Position numbers and translations under genes: made by a program. This document shows positions 13,001-24,847 of a stretch of DNA of 64,000 nt, in pieces; the stretch's first letter is position 1; every line of letters starts with the position of its first letter. The stretch comes from Antedon mediterranea (lineage: Eukaryota; Animalia; Echinodermata): assembly GCF_964355755.1 (NCBI RefSeq), contig NC_092672.1, positions 10,106,001 to 10,170,000 of the forward strand. Direction: 5' to 3'. The notes beneath the pieces are model-generated. The model had not been told where the DNA came from. It ran no database searches and saw only the letters and a list, made by a program, of their open reading frames with translations.

Positions 13001-16000
13001 AATATATTAAGCTTACCATTGTAAGCATAGAAAGTAGATCCTCTTCACGTGCATGCTGTAGAAATGTTTCAGTAAGAGCTTGCACAAACCATGAACCTCT
13101 CTCTGAATTACGCCATGATACATAACCTAACAAAATAAAAATACAATAAATAATATTATAAATAACATTACCTTACACTCTGGTGTTAGTTCAGGACTTT
13201 ACGCAGGTTGGAAGAAATCAGCCAGAGCTGAAGTTGATATAATTACTTCAAAAATCGTTCTTTCCGAAATGTATAATTTACTTTCAATATCAATATCTAC
13301 TAACAATTATTATTCTTTATGATCAACAATCACTGATATGATAATCAGTCGGTTGAGAGTTCAATGACTTTAAATGATTTGATCACCGATATCTGACACA
13401 GATCGTTTAGTTCGGGTTAATGAATTTACGTTAAAGCTTCTGATACTAAATAAACTTTTTAATAATTCTTTATTTTCAAAAGACATGAGATGAGATATAA
13501 AAATGCTTTGGAAGCACAAATTCAATATTGATGACTATTGCGCAATTTCTTACTTGGGTTAGTATACAAATAATGAATGTTTATGAGTGCAATGGTACAA
13601 ATAATGGCACGAGGTGAATGATGAAAGGTTATATCAACGAGGCAAAGCCGAGTTGATATAACCTTTCATCATTCACCAAGTGCCATTATTTGTACCATTA
13701 CACAAATACAAAACATTCATTATTTGTTTTATATAACATCTAGACGTTTTTTTTTCGTACACAAAAATGTTTCAAAAAGTACTATTTAACGATCGTTGAA
13801 TAGTGCGTACTATTGCACGCCATGTGACCCACATTCGTCCAATCAAATGACAGGAATTTATATAGGTGTTATATAAAACTAAATAATGTCTAGTCAAAAA
13901 TCTATCAGCTTAAGTTTGCTAAAGGTTGAACTAAGCTGGGACAGTTGCATTGGATAAAAGCATGGTTGTTGTGACTTGACAAGATTCTATAGATTAAAAG
14001 TAGCTTAGACAGTGTAGACTGGCACAGCTGCATAGGCGCAGTTAAAGGCATGGTTTCTGTGACTTGGCAGCTTAGACAATATGGAATAGAACAGCCTTCG
14101 GTAAAACAACATTGCAATGTAAACTATCAAATATGATGAAACTGTTGATGTAGTCAAGAGCGAAATACATGTGGTATTATTACACACAGTACCTCTACAA
14201 GATTGAGCGAGTGTTATTTCTATTGTGTAAACAACGTTGTGAAAACGGCCGATATTGAAGTTGAGCGTGAAAACGAGAGCAAGCACAGTTGCATAGGCAC
14301 AGCTAAAAGCATGGTTTACGTGCTTGGTAGTTTCTAAAGAGAGTTCTTACATGGCACAGTTAAAAGCATGTTAATGTGGATTGACAGCTTTAAATGTGTC
14401 ATTACCTGGTAGTTACATGGCTAATAGCATGTTACTGTGGCTTTAAATTACAGCTAAAGTGTGTTCTTACCTGGTACAGTTGCATAGGCTAAAAGCATGT
14501 CACTGTGGCTAGGCAGCTTAGATATTTTGCTACCAATTGCATCTGTTTCATCAAATTCGATTTTCAACATCCTATTAACAAGATTCTCTGGATTATCAAC
14601 ATCTCCATTAATGTTTAGGGAATGAATATCAGGATCTACGGAGGAGCCTTCATTTGCCGATGGTCCATCCGTGGCTTCAACGCCTTGATCAAACATTTCT
14701 TTAAAAAAAATTTATATTTCCAGTGAGAAAATAAAATAAAAAAGACAGCTTTACTTTGAAACATTACACTTTTTGGGAGAAAAGTGATAAAAAGAAGAGT
14801 TCGAAACTCACTAGCACTATGATTCTGGTTGTAGAACATAGTCTTCTCTTTCAAGACGAGTAGGAGTTACCTTGGTGTACTAGTTCACACACAATGCAGT
14901 GAGGACATTATCTTTGAATTTATATAGCAATTGACAATTTCTACGCATGAGAAATGTGATGCATGTAACCATTATAGTTTATGTTATAATTCTATTAAAA
15001 TAACTGGAAATTGGATAATAACAATTGCAAACGTTGATTTCGCATGTTACTGTACATCTTTGTAGAATACTTTTTAAGCAAGACAATTTGCATGTATAGA
15101 ATAATAACAACTCTTTAGTTTCTATCTAATCAAAGCAGAAGCCAAGTAAATCCATTGTCTCTATCAACTACAAGTGTCAAGAATTAATTTTCAGATAAAT
15201 TCTTTATTTTCAGGTTGGTTTATTGAGACAAGCATTTACATCAAAATATATTCTCCTCTATTTTAAATTCAAATCCGTCTAAATTTTTCACAAGTAGTTT
15301 TCATGAGGTGAATCTCTTTGTACAAACATTTATGCAGAAACATTTCACAAAATACAATTAATTTTTCAACTACAAGTGTGAATAACCGAAGTGTAGACGA
15401 TAAATTAGATTTGATTGCATGCTAAAGTTGTTAGCTATTTTTATAAGCGGTCAATAACATTGTTAGATTTTACAGCAAAGAAAAACAAAAAAAAACAAGA
15501 GTAAGTGAGTGAGTAATAAGAATTTGTTTGATAGAAATACGTAAATTCAAAAATACGCTTTACAATAATTGATGGGCTTTATGGATGTAATATGCATATA
15601 ATAATGTATTATTTTCTATCAGCATGGTTGACCATGCATGGAATGTAAAATTTTGTAATACCAAGGTTGACTCTGTACATAGTTCCAAGGTGCCGTTTAA
15701 GACTATAGAATTGAGAGGTACAGTTGATATGCGGATGGAAAACACTGGTTTTCACAAACAAAAAACACTAAAACAAAAATATTTCATAGTCGGTATATAT
15801 CATGTGTATCACATGCAGTGCATGTATTATGCAAGGTCAGGTTAAGGTTTTGGTCTATGATATTGGCTGTATTCACCAACCACACTTGAAGTGAGATATT
15901 TCTCTTAAATATTATTTAAGGTGCAATATCTATACCTGATGTGTCTAAATATGTTTTTAAATAAATAAAAAGTATTTCTCTTAAATTGTATTCACTTCAT

Positions 16001-19000
16001 TCAAGTGTTTCTCTTAGACTAAGTGTGAATGGTGAATACGGCTACAGCTGCACAGTTGACCATGCTGATAGCCTTATGTGTTTTATTACATCCACTCACC
16101 TCCACGGCAGGCTTGGATGAAAAAAAGCTTTGGTTTACCAGTCAGGGATGGGCAACTGTCTCCAGTAAAACAATTCTGAATATCATCTACTTTGATGAGC
16201 CGTTCGTCCACACTGTACAAGGCACCATTCACACCATGAGTGAGCACGGCAATGATGAAGCAATCATACCGAGAATGATTCATTGTGCTGTAATGCCTCA
16301 ATTTTTTATAAAAGTCCTAAAAAATATTAAATTTTGAATTGAATTTTAAAATCAAGTTTTCTTTCCATAAGATTTCAATGTAACTATAAATTTAAATTAG
16401 TTTAAGGATGTGCATTTAACTGTGTTCAACTGTGCATTGGCAAAAGTGTGGATTATCATAATGCATATGAATTGCATAGTGCATTATTAATGCATAATGT
16501 ATGATGTATTATTATAATTAAATACATAATGCATGATAAATAAATTTGTACTGTATAATGTGTACCGGTAATTAATGCATAATTCATGATTTTCAGGAAG
16601 CACACAATTGATTTATATTATTCAGTAGTTCAAAGACATACATTGTACTTGAATTCTAAATCCTTTTTTGTTCAGTTGTCATACGTGTACCTAGCACCCA
16701 GTGAGAGTATGTATTTCAAGTTTACAAATTATAGGTGCTGTATGAGGTAGGAAGTGATGGTGTGTTTCTATGTAGCAGTGGTAATTGGTGTCGATGTGCA
16801 TTACTGGAAATAGAAGAATAATCCAGCAAAATTGCACCATTAAACCATATTTTGTTTCCCTTCTCTAATTCATTCAAATAGTTTGTATATTTCAAGTGGT
16901 CAAAATATAATTCAGGACAAACCAATGTTCATTTTGGTAGCTTTTCAAAACTGATAACAAATTTATATTCAAGAATTGGTTTTAATTTCAAATTTTAAAT
17001 ATTTGAAATAAATAAAAGTGAAGAGGTAAATTATTTATTGTCTTCAAGCTTAACTGGAACCAGATTACAACGAATATTAAATAAAGTAGGTAGGATCACA
17101 GGATCTAGACATAATTTGGATGACATTTGCAACAAAATCATAAGAAATAAGGCTATGAAAATATGCGACGACTCAAACCACCCTTTAAATAAACATTATG
17201 TTAAAATGAGATCAAAAAGACTAAATGTGCTGAGATCGTGCAATAGTAGGGTTATGCGATATTTTAATTCTTTTGTTCCGTATTCTATTAGACTGTTAAA
17301 TGATTTTGCATAATTTTTGAAATTTTTTATGTATTGCAGCTTTTTATTTTTTATTTAGTTAATTGTAGTCTTATGTTCATACTAAGTACATTGTTAAATA
17401 ATATATAGTATTTTTAAATATTGTAATTAATTTTTTTTATATGAAACGTTTTTATATATTTTTGTACAATTTTGTGAAAAGCACTCAAAATATTTTCCTA
17501 TGTGGACGAAATAAAGTTATCAAATTTGTATCAGATCCTCTAGGGTCTCACAGCAGTCGGCAGTGCAACGCCTACCAATATCCGGAGAGATCAGGAAACA
17601 ATATTCTACTCTTTTTGAATAGTGTACAGAGTTCTTCAACATGCCCTATGTGTACACGGGACCAATGGCTTTACGTCCCATCTAAAGGACGAGGCAATGA
17701 CAGTAAAGCATTTTGCCTAAGGATACAATCAGTATGGTACAGATGGACATGGACACATGCTTGTCCGATTGTGTTACTATCATTACACCATCACTCTCCG
17801 AACTATGGTGATCTAACAAGAAGCTGTGTTTCAACCAATATGGCCGTTAAATACTCACACTATATGTTGAATTTGTAAGATTTTCAACCTCAAATGCTAA
17901 TTGAGTAAACAAACATTCAAGCTGTCGAGCATCCACATCGGTTCCTTTTCGTAACGGCATCGATCGGAAATTACGATTGTTGACTATCAGCGCTTTCCCT
18001 CTAGGCTTTGATTTGATTGTGTAGTTCTGATGAAAAAAAAAAATTAAAAAAATCTCAGTAGTAGCATTTATAGTACAACAATTATAGCAGCTTTCTTAAT
18101 AAAGATAGTACGGTTTCTTGGGTATGACCATACTGTAGGGAGCCCTCTATTGTTTGTTGTAAAAAGAGAGAATAACATGGACATCAAACAAGACTGTTGT
18201 AACTGAGCCTACAATGTAGGGTTGTTTAAATAATGATTCAGTTCCAAAATCACGGCTACATAGTGTAGATTATCTTTGAATGTACTGTCCATTTGTAGGC
18301 CTAGCAGAAAATATTTTAAATCCATCAATTTACATTAGAATTTCTATGCTTTCAATTTAATGATATTAATTTATATATGATAAACTTTTCCTTTTCCTGG
18401 ATTTAGAGTATGAACAACTGATCGAAATACTGCAATCTTAAATGATATTGTTCGTAAAGGGCCAAAGGCATTCCGTGCATTAGCAGAGTCGTTGTTTGCT
18501 ACTGAGATGTACCATCTAGCTACACTTTTAATACCAGACCTTACTGAAGATACATTGTACGATTTAAGCTATTATGAATTTGAAAATGATACCAAAGCAC
18601 CTATGCAACCAAGTGTTGGAGACAAGCCACCTGTGCAGCAGAGTGTTGCAGAAGGCAGTGGAGATTTTAATCCCACACGCAAGTTTCCGACTGGATTTAC
18701 ATTTTAATTAATATTTTAATTGTTTATAAACTTTTACAACTACTGTTGAGGGTGCTGCATTCACAGCTGGACTCTATACATAATGTGAACACATCCTTGT
18801 ACAGTATGTATTCTATAATTTCACTGAACCAAATCTAAGAATAGTGTGAACGCAGCTAATACATATACACTACCTGTGGACTATCGGTCATTTCACTTGT
18901 ATAATTTCCTTTACTCATTTTCATTTGTAGAACTTCATCTGCAGTTTTCTGTGGCCAAGCTAAATATAGGGTGAAGAGTAATGGAAATATGTATTACAAA

Positions 19001-21389
19001 AAAGTAATAAATTTGTGTTTTTTGTTTACATGTATAATAAGCAAATTATCAAAAATATGATTTAGTATAATTAAATGAATTGTTATAATTGGAACTTGCA
19101 CTCCTTGACCATGGTCTTGAATGTAAAGTTCTGTCTACACTATACTAACTAGTTTGACAAAAAAAATGTGATGTTCCCAAATGTGGTAATGATATGACAT
19201 TAAATCATGTCCATATATGGGCACATCACATGTTTTTGTCACATAAAGTTCAGGGCCGTAGCCAGGATCTGTCAAGGGGGGGTTCGCACACTAAGTATTT
19301 TGGTCACCCCCACCCCCATACCTACCCCCCCCCCCCTGGGGTGGGGCCTGAGGCGAAGCAAATTTTGTTAAATGACACCCCTAGATGGCCGGAAAATACA
19401 CTCTCATGCAGCATGCTACCAATGAGCAAAACGATCGTACTTGGACTCGTGGACTATTTAAACGATAACATTTGTTGCCGTATGTTAGATGCGCGTGCTC
19501 TGTGCGGAACCGCCGATTTTTTTATCATTTACTCGATATTTTGTTTTGCGTTCAAGTTCAATGATAACGTACGTCTAGGAGAAGCCCCGAAAAAAGCACA
19601 CTGGGTGAAGGCAAATGCAATTCTTATTATAGCTCTATCAATAATATTTATTTACAGCAATTTGTTGAGGAAATTAAATATGCCAATGTAAATAGGTGAT
19701 ATTGATACATTTGAGTACGTATTGGCTGGTGGTCTAGAAAAAAATAATCGGATGCCATAATGTGAACTACAGTACATGATACCATAGATATTATAGTGTA
19801 AAATATTAATATTCACTATAATCCTCTATGATACATTATACTTCATAGCCACACATAAATACTGATGTATGTCGGAAGGCTATATACTTTATGCATGCTG
19901 CCTGACCGCCAGTGATCTAAACAATTGGTACGCAGTTGTCTGGCGGTGTTCTTTGTACGAATCGTTCGTCCCCCAGCTCGCTGTGAGACGCGTCAATATC
20001 ATGTTACATGCAGGGACCAAACATTTATTTTTCAGGTTAAAATCGGCAATTCATTTGCAACTCTTAGAAATTTACAGACTATATCGCTCGAAGTACGCTC
20101 ATACAGGGAAGAAGGTACTGTATGAGTTATTCCGAACGAGTTTACGAATTTTTTAATTTACGAACAACTTTTTGTACTGTGGGGCACGTATTTGGACGAT
20201 TTTCGGAGATGAGGGTGAGGTATTGGGCATGTCGGGGATGGGGGTTCGCAGTCGGTTAAGGGGGGTTCGCTGTAAAGGGGGGGTTCGCCCGAACCATAAA
20301 AACCCCCCCTGGCTACGGGCCTGAAGTTTGATAGTGTAGACAAGGTTTAAGGCAAGTTTTCTATATAGGATGATTTATAAATGCAGGTCCAGTGTACACC
20401 TGTGTACCTTTAGGAAGTAAGGGGTTGCCCTAATGTAGTGATGCTGTCGCAGTAGACAAATGAGCGCTGTTTGAGGCAGCTGAACACAAATTGGACCTTT
20501 TAGCTATAAGATGGCATTTAGTCCAGTTGCACTTTGAGACAGTGTTATCTATCATTTTTATCAATCAATGTTATTATTATCATCTACATTACCCTCTGAG
20601 ACTTGCGTCGGAAACTTGCGTGTGGGATTAAAATCTCCACTGCCTTCTGCAACACTCTGCTGCACAGGTGGCTTGTCTCCAACACTTGGTTGCATAGGTG
20701 CTTTGGTATCATTTTCAAATTCATAATAGCTTAAATCGTACAATGTATCTTCAGTAAGGTCTGGTATTAAAAGTGTAGCTAGATGGTACACCTCAGTAGC
20801 AAATAACGACTCTGCTAATGCACGGAATGCCTTTGGCCCTTTACGAACAATATCATTTAAGATTGCAGTATTTCGATCAGTTGTTCCATTCATACTCTAT
20901 AACAACAAATTATGAGAAAATATTACAATTTGACTTGTTGTTTGTTTGTTTTTATTATATATTTTACATTCAATTATTTTATAAAATATTTTGAAAACAT
21001 AATACTTTTAATAGTCATGCTATGCCTAGTATCCAGATTATTATGTTGGCATAAATGGTTTTTATACAATCAATTTTTCTCATTTGTCCAATTTTAAAGA
21101 TTGTAGAAAAGTAAAAAAAAAGTGTTAATTTTCTAAAACAATATTGTAGTACAGTTTACTGTATGTTTAGTTTCATTATAAGAGTAACCAGTATTATATT
21201 TCAATATAAGAACACGTATCTTTTGTATTATTATTGGGTTATAAAAACAATCCTACAAACCCGGTATTTTTCATCTTCAGATGTATTAAAAATTTGTCTA
21301 GCCACTAATTCGTTCAAGATATCCATGGGCATATCGCTAACTAATGTTATACGATTCGTTCGCAGAATCTTCTTGTGTGCAGCTTCCAT
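6888..21389 (-). CDS. CASP9: CARD-containing initiator caspase, caspase-9-like, ~453 aa. Eight coding exons: 21389-21261, 20896-20593, 18959-18874, 18026-17859, 16316-16100, 14698-14471, 13126-13017, 7007-6888
   Basis: All junctions are GT-AG and phase-consistent; the exons sum to 1362 nt ending in TAA. N-terminal CARD (MEAAHKKILRTNRITLV...RKGPKAFRALAESL). Large subunit: KPRGKALIVNN, RKGTDVD, catalytic His in VLTHG, Cys in GKPKLFFIQACRG. Linker DETDAIGS. Small subunit: [33 protein letters not shown]...KQMP...LTKKLFF. Caspase-9 rather than caspase-2 is judged from motif resemblance only. Confidence 0.92.
8265..8691. mobile_element. MITE/foldback element with long TIRs and internal 21-bp GGCGGCCG-containing tandem repeats
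   Basis: TACGGAAGCCCGTTCGGGCCACAAGTTAAC...GTTAACTTGTGGCCGAACAGGCTTCCGTA; flanking direct repeat TTTATG; left end duplicated at ~8449. Confidence 0.85.
9094..11219 (-). mobile_element. Non-autonomous TIR DNA transposon (~1.07 kb family), outer copy, interrupted by a second copy
   Basis: Termini CAGGCCCGTAGCCAGG...CCTGGCTACAGCCCTG; 5-bp TSD TAATG (9089-9093, 11220-11224). Confidence 0.92.
9588..10636 (+). mobile_element. Same family, inner copy in opposite orientation
   Basis: CAGGGCCGTAGCCAGG...CCTGGCTACGGGCCTG; 5-bp TSD TGTAT (9583-9587, 10637-10641). Confidence 0.92.
11880..12305 (-). mobile_element. SINE-like remnant (Nin/Deu-domain-like)
   Basis: GGTTCTTTAAAGTGC...CACGGGAC...GTTTATAGTTCTTATCTGAGAAAACT...CCGCTAGGCCA pattern (recognition only). 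Confidence 0.4.
13017..13126 (-). CDS. CASP9: Caspase exon 8: [37 protein letters not shown]
   Basis: Substrate-binding S-W-R and GSWF motifs; ttgttag acceptor; ATG|GTAAG donor. Confidence 0.95.
13565..13735. repeat. Long palindrome, probably a MITE
   Basis: AATAATGAATGTTT...GAATGATGAAAGGTTATATCAAC / GTTGATATAACCTTTCATCATTC...AAACATTCATTATT. Confidence 0.7.
13905..14460 (-). repeat. Degenerate tandem copies of the 3' end of caspase exon 7 in intron 7
   Basis: Repeated variants of cagttgcatagg-ctaaaagcatg-tcactgtggct-aggcagcttaga. One copy translates SKLPSHRNHAFNCAYAAVP versus exon [17 protein letters not shown]. Confidence 0.75.
14471..14698 (-). CDS. CASP9: Caspase exon 7: intersubunit linker and start of small subunit
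   Basis: ORF 14454..14696 (MFDQGVEATDG...[28 protein letters not shown]); CCAG|GTAAG donor. Confidence 0.93.
16100..16316 (-). CDS. CASP9: Caspase exon 6: catalytic His (LTHG) and Cys (QACRG)
   Basis: ORF 16086..16301; tttttag|GAC acceptor; G|GTGAGT donor. Confidence 0.96.
17050..17520 (+). mobile_element. LINE 3' fragment (L2/Rex1-like)
   Basis: RLQRILNKVGRI...DDSNHPLN...RYFNSFVPYSIRLLN C-terminal motif, then T-rich UTR and AATAAA. Confidence 0.7.
17525..17765 (-). mobile_element. SINE-like remnant
   Basis: GGCTTTACGTCCCATCTAAAGGACGAGGCAA...GCCTAAGGATAC resembles common invertebrate SINE cores (recognition only). Confidence 0.4.
17859..18026 (-). CDS. CASP9: Caspase exon 5: start of large subunit, NYTIKSKPRGKALIVNNRNFRSMPLRKGTDVDARQL...
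   Basis: Canonical caspase PRG-x-ALI-NN and R-x-GT-x-x-D motifs; poly-T acceptor; GTGAGT donor. Confidence 0.93.
18406..18690 (+). pseudogene. Inverted, near-identical copy of caspase exon 3 inside caspase intron 4
   Basis: Matches the reverse complement of ~20608-20897 with a 5-nt deletion and few substitutions; flanked by direct repeat CTGGATTTA (18397-18405 and 18691-18699). Confidence 0.9.
18874..18959 (-). CDS. CASP9: Caspase exon 4: prodomain linker (A)WPQKTADEVLQMKMSKGNYTSEMTDSPQ
   Basis: 86-nt exon (tttag|CT ... CAG|GTAGTG) that restores frame between exons 3 and 5. Confidence 0.8.
19251..20323 (+). mobile_element. Third copy of the 5-bp-TSD family, nested in a small palindromic MITE (~19124-20350)
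   Basis: Same TIRs; TSD AAGTT (19246-19250, 20324-20328); host ends TGTCTACACTAT / ATAGTGTAGACA. Confidence 0.9.
20593..20896 (-). CDS. CASP9: Caspase exon 3: CARD C-terminal half plus linker
   Basis: Within ORF 20561..20893; acceptor ttatag|AGT; donor G|GTAATG; phase 1. Confidence 0.88.
21261..21389 (-). CDS. CASP9: Caspase coding exon 1 (gene exon 2): CARD N-terminal half, MEAAHKKILRTNRITLVSDMPMDILNELVARQIFNTSEDEKYR
   Basis: ATG at 21389; acceptor AG at 21404-21403; donor GTTTGT from 21260; phase 0. Confidence 0.88.
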
Positions 21390-22487
21390 GATTCAGTAAA
21401 ATCTGTTGAATAAATAATTTAATTCTAATTATTATTAATTCACTGAATATTATAACAAGTTTAGAATGAGAAAACTTTTTGGGAACCTTATTCGATCAAC
21501 ATAATAATAATAACCATAATATACAGTAGTATTAATATAGAATTGATGACTTTAAAAAAAAAATACAATAAAAATAATACTGTATATATATAGATTATTC
21601 ACAATTTGATCACTTAAATTAAAGAAACACAACCATATTTAAACTCTTCTTCCTACACTTACAGTATGTATTGATCAGTAACTATATTCAGTCAGTATAC
21701 AGTACAGTACTTAACATCTATAATGCCTTTCATTAATAATTATTCAAAATGTACTGTAGTGAACGATGTCGTCCGAGCGTCTACAGTGACAGATGAAATC
21801 AGTTGATTGCGTTTTGAACCAGTCACAATAAAATCAATTTTGGATGGAGCACTGCTTTTAGATACTGTAGTGCAGGATTGTTTTTTTTTTATACTTTTCT
21901 TTTAATCTACATTTTTTAAAACCATTTGTTAAACTGAAATCATTCAGTAAATTACTGTAAAACAATATTAGTAACCTCCTATTATGACCAAAATAAATTA
22001 AAATGTTTCCTGGTCGCTGTGTAAGTTTGGAGCAATTTTATGCACTCTGGCCGCAATTCAATTTGGCTTCCTGTGTTGGTCACAGTGCATATCGGCCGCC
22101 AGTCATTTCGGCCGCCGGTTATGGAACGCCTAAAATCATGAAACGCCAAAAAGGACAAAATATGTATTGTTCATTTCGGCCGCCAATCGTCAATATTGTT
22201 AATGTATGGCACGCCTCAATTATAAAAAATGGTGTATACATGTGCCTATCGCCTGAATAGACGTGCGTATTCAAAAAGCAAGCAGCAATCAACAAAAACG
22301 ATCATACTTTTTGATTTGTATAGAGTTGCGCTATTTTACGGTCATTCGCCGGCTTCTTCTCCTGACTGAGCCCTACAACCTCTCAGCACCCCCCCCCCCC
22401 CCCCCACACACACATAACAACCACTGTGAAATAAAATAAGTTGTGTAGAAATACTTTAGTTAAAACTACTAAACTAATGATTTACAC

Positions 22488-24847
22488 GGTCTTTTGATGA
22501 TATCGGTCGCGTTTGAAATCGGTCGCCCTATTTTGTATGGAGCGGGATGCATGCTAGCGGGATATACATTTTCTTCATTTATATAGATTTAATTGATATT
22601 TTTTAGGGGCTAGATTATTTATGTGGATATTTTTTATTTGGTTATCAATCGGAGAAGGACTATGTCTTTCCAAAATAGTCATTTCTAAACACGTTTAAAT
22701 ATTAAATTAGGTAAATATTATATCAGGCATATAATAATTTACCTCCAGTTATGTGTACTGTAATTAATATATTATATAGAGAATATACGTCTGTCCTTTA
22801 TTATGCAAACAATTACGTAAAAGAGAACAATTTATTTAAAAACAATAATTGTTACAATGTATAGCCCGTAAAAAAGCCAGCGTATCCATTGTTATACTTA
22901 TGCATACTGTGGCAGATTATATCATGTCGTTAACAACATACTATTCGATCACCTAATTTTTATTTTTTTATTTTATTTACATCCGTTATGTAGGATAATA
23001 TTAAGTGTATAATAATAATTGTTGAGACAAATCACGTGTATACTTTTATTTCTAGTGTTTAAAATAGTTGTTAGTAAAAATGATCATTATATGCGGATGG
23101 TTAAAAGGCGAGTTACTGAAATAAACCCCCGAATAAGCCATATTGGGGGAGATTCGCCTTCTATGGCGTATATAAGACCTATTTTAGAATATGCTGCCCC
23201 TGTTTGGCATGGCGCTATCACTAAGGACATGTCCAAGTCTATTGAAAAGGTACAAAAGAGAGCATTGCGTATCATGCTAGGTAACAACTATTTGTGCTAT
23301 GATCATGCATTGTCTGTTACTGGTTTACCTACTCTTGTAGAGAGAAGAAACAAACTTGTGTTGTCTTTCGGGGAAGGCTTATTAAAATCCGAGCTGTTTA
23401 GAGAAATACTTCCCCCTCTTCATAAGCCAGCTCGGTCTCTCAGAGTCAACCGCTTTCTAGAAGTACCTCATTGTAAAACCAGCAGACTTAGGTCGTCTCC
23501 AGTTCCCACCATGGTGGATATAATTAATAGGCACCACTAGCTCTTTTTTAGATATGTAATAAGTGAATGTTTTAAGGTTTTTTATTCATGTATGTTTTTA
23601 ATTGTATGGTACGATATCTAATTTTATTAAGATGTTTCTATTTTTATAGCAATTTTAACTAATTTTTAGTCATTTGTAATACATTTCATTTCAGTCCTTG
23701 ACTGTCGTTTTGTAATATATTTTTATATACCGAATAAATAAATAAATAAAAATGATCGTGCAGCTGTTTCCTCTCTAACAATGCGTTATTTTGCTGACTG
23801 GGTTTCCCCTTTTTTAAAAGCACGCACTTGTTAGTGTGTCAAATCATGGACAAAACACGACGTACGATCGTTGTCCATGGCCAGGTAAAGATGACGTCTA
23901 TTACTAATAACCATACTTTTAAAACGTCTATAGGCCTCCTGCACGTGTTTTTGTGAAACGATGTATATAATTTACGTATACTGTACGTCGATACTATAGA
24001 TTTTAATTTGAAAAATATCTTTTATTTCTTTATTTACAATAATCATTTAATGTAATTAAGTAAGTAGTCTCACATAACATCCATACGACGTTCGTAAATC
24101 TAAACGTTTAAATATCAGTACCTCTTTGAGAATCGTGTCCACCTATAATTATCCATACATTATTCTCACATCTATCATTGTACATCATAGACATACTGTA
24201 GGGCTGGTAGATTGATTTATAACGGAATATTATCTATATATTTTATTATTATCCTAAACCATGCTCACGTCAGAGTGGCGGATATCGAATGCAAAAATCA
24301 TCATCATGCATCAAATTCCTGTATTGCATAAACCTCATTGAGCTGGTATCCACTTGCAGGTATAGAACGAGTTTCGTAATTAACTGTGATTAAAAAATAC
24401 GCAATAGGCGCGTCTACTTGTTTAACAATTAAATTATTATTTATTTTCAAAACCTTAAACAACGGCATGCTAAAAGAACACATTACAATTCATTCAAACC
24501 TGTAAGATAAAATGGAAAAACAAATTATTTATAAATAATGAGATAAATATTTATATTTACTGTACTTAAAAAATAACGATCGAGGTTTAAAAAAATGTCA
24601 AACAGTATTATTAGAAATTCCAATATTCAAAATTAACTAAAAACATAATGAAAATGTATCTAATGCGCCATATACAAATTAGTGCGACCAAAATAAAACG
24701 CGACCGATATCGTAACTAATAGGATAAAAAGCGTATCTAGCGGCGCTCCATACAAAATACCGGATGTTTATTTTATCGCGACCGATTTCAAACGCGATCG
24801 ATTTCAAACGCGATCGATTTCAAGCGCGACCGATTTCATCTGACACC
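22488..24847. mobile_element. Nested TIR element with GCGACCGATTTCAAAC subterminal repeats
   Basis: GGTC...GACACC ends; direct repeat ATTTACAC at 22480-22487 and 24848-24855. Confidence 0.7.
23160..23752 (+). mobile_element. 5'-truncated LINE (CR1/L2 group): 3' end of ORF2 plus tail
   Basis: YIRPILEYAAPVWH...IEKVQKRALRIM...GLPTLVERR motif; (AATA)n tail. Confidence 0.85.

Noticed and set aside
16029-16337. 102-aa plus-strand ORF with a signal-peptide-like start
   Set aside because: It is the antisense shadow of the caspase catalytic exon
18492-18707. Plus-strand ORF nearly identical to the caspase linker, as a separate gene
   Set aside because: It is part of the inverted exon-3 copy, has a 5-nt deletion upstream, and has no accompanying exons
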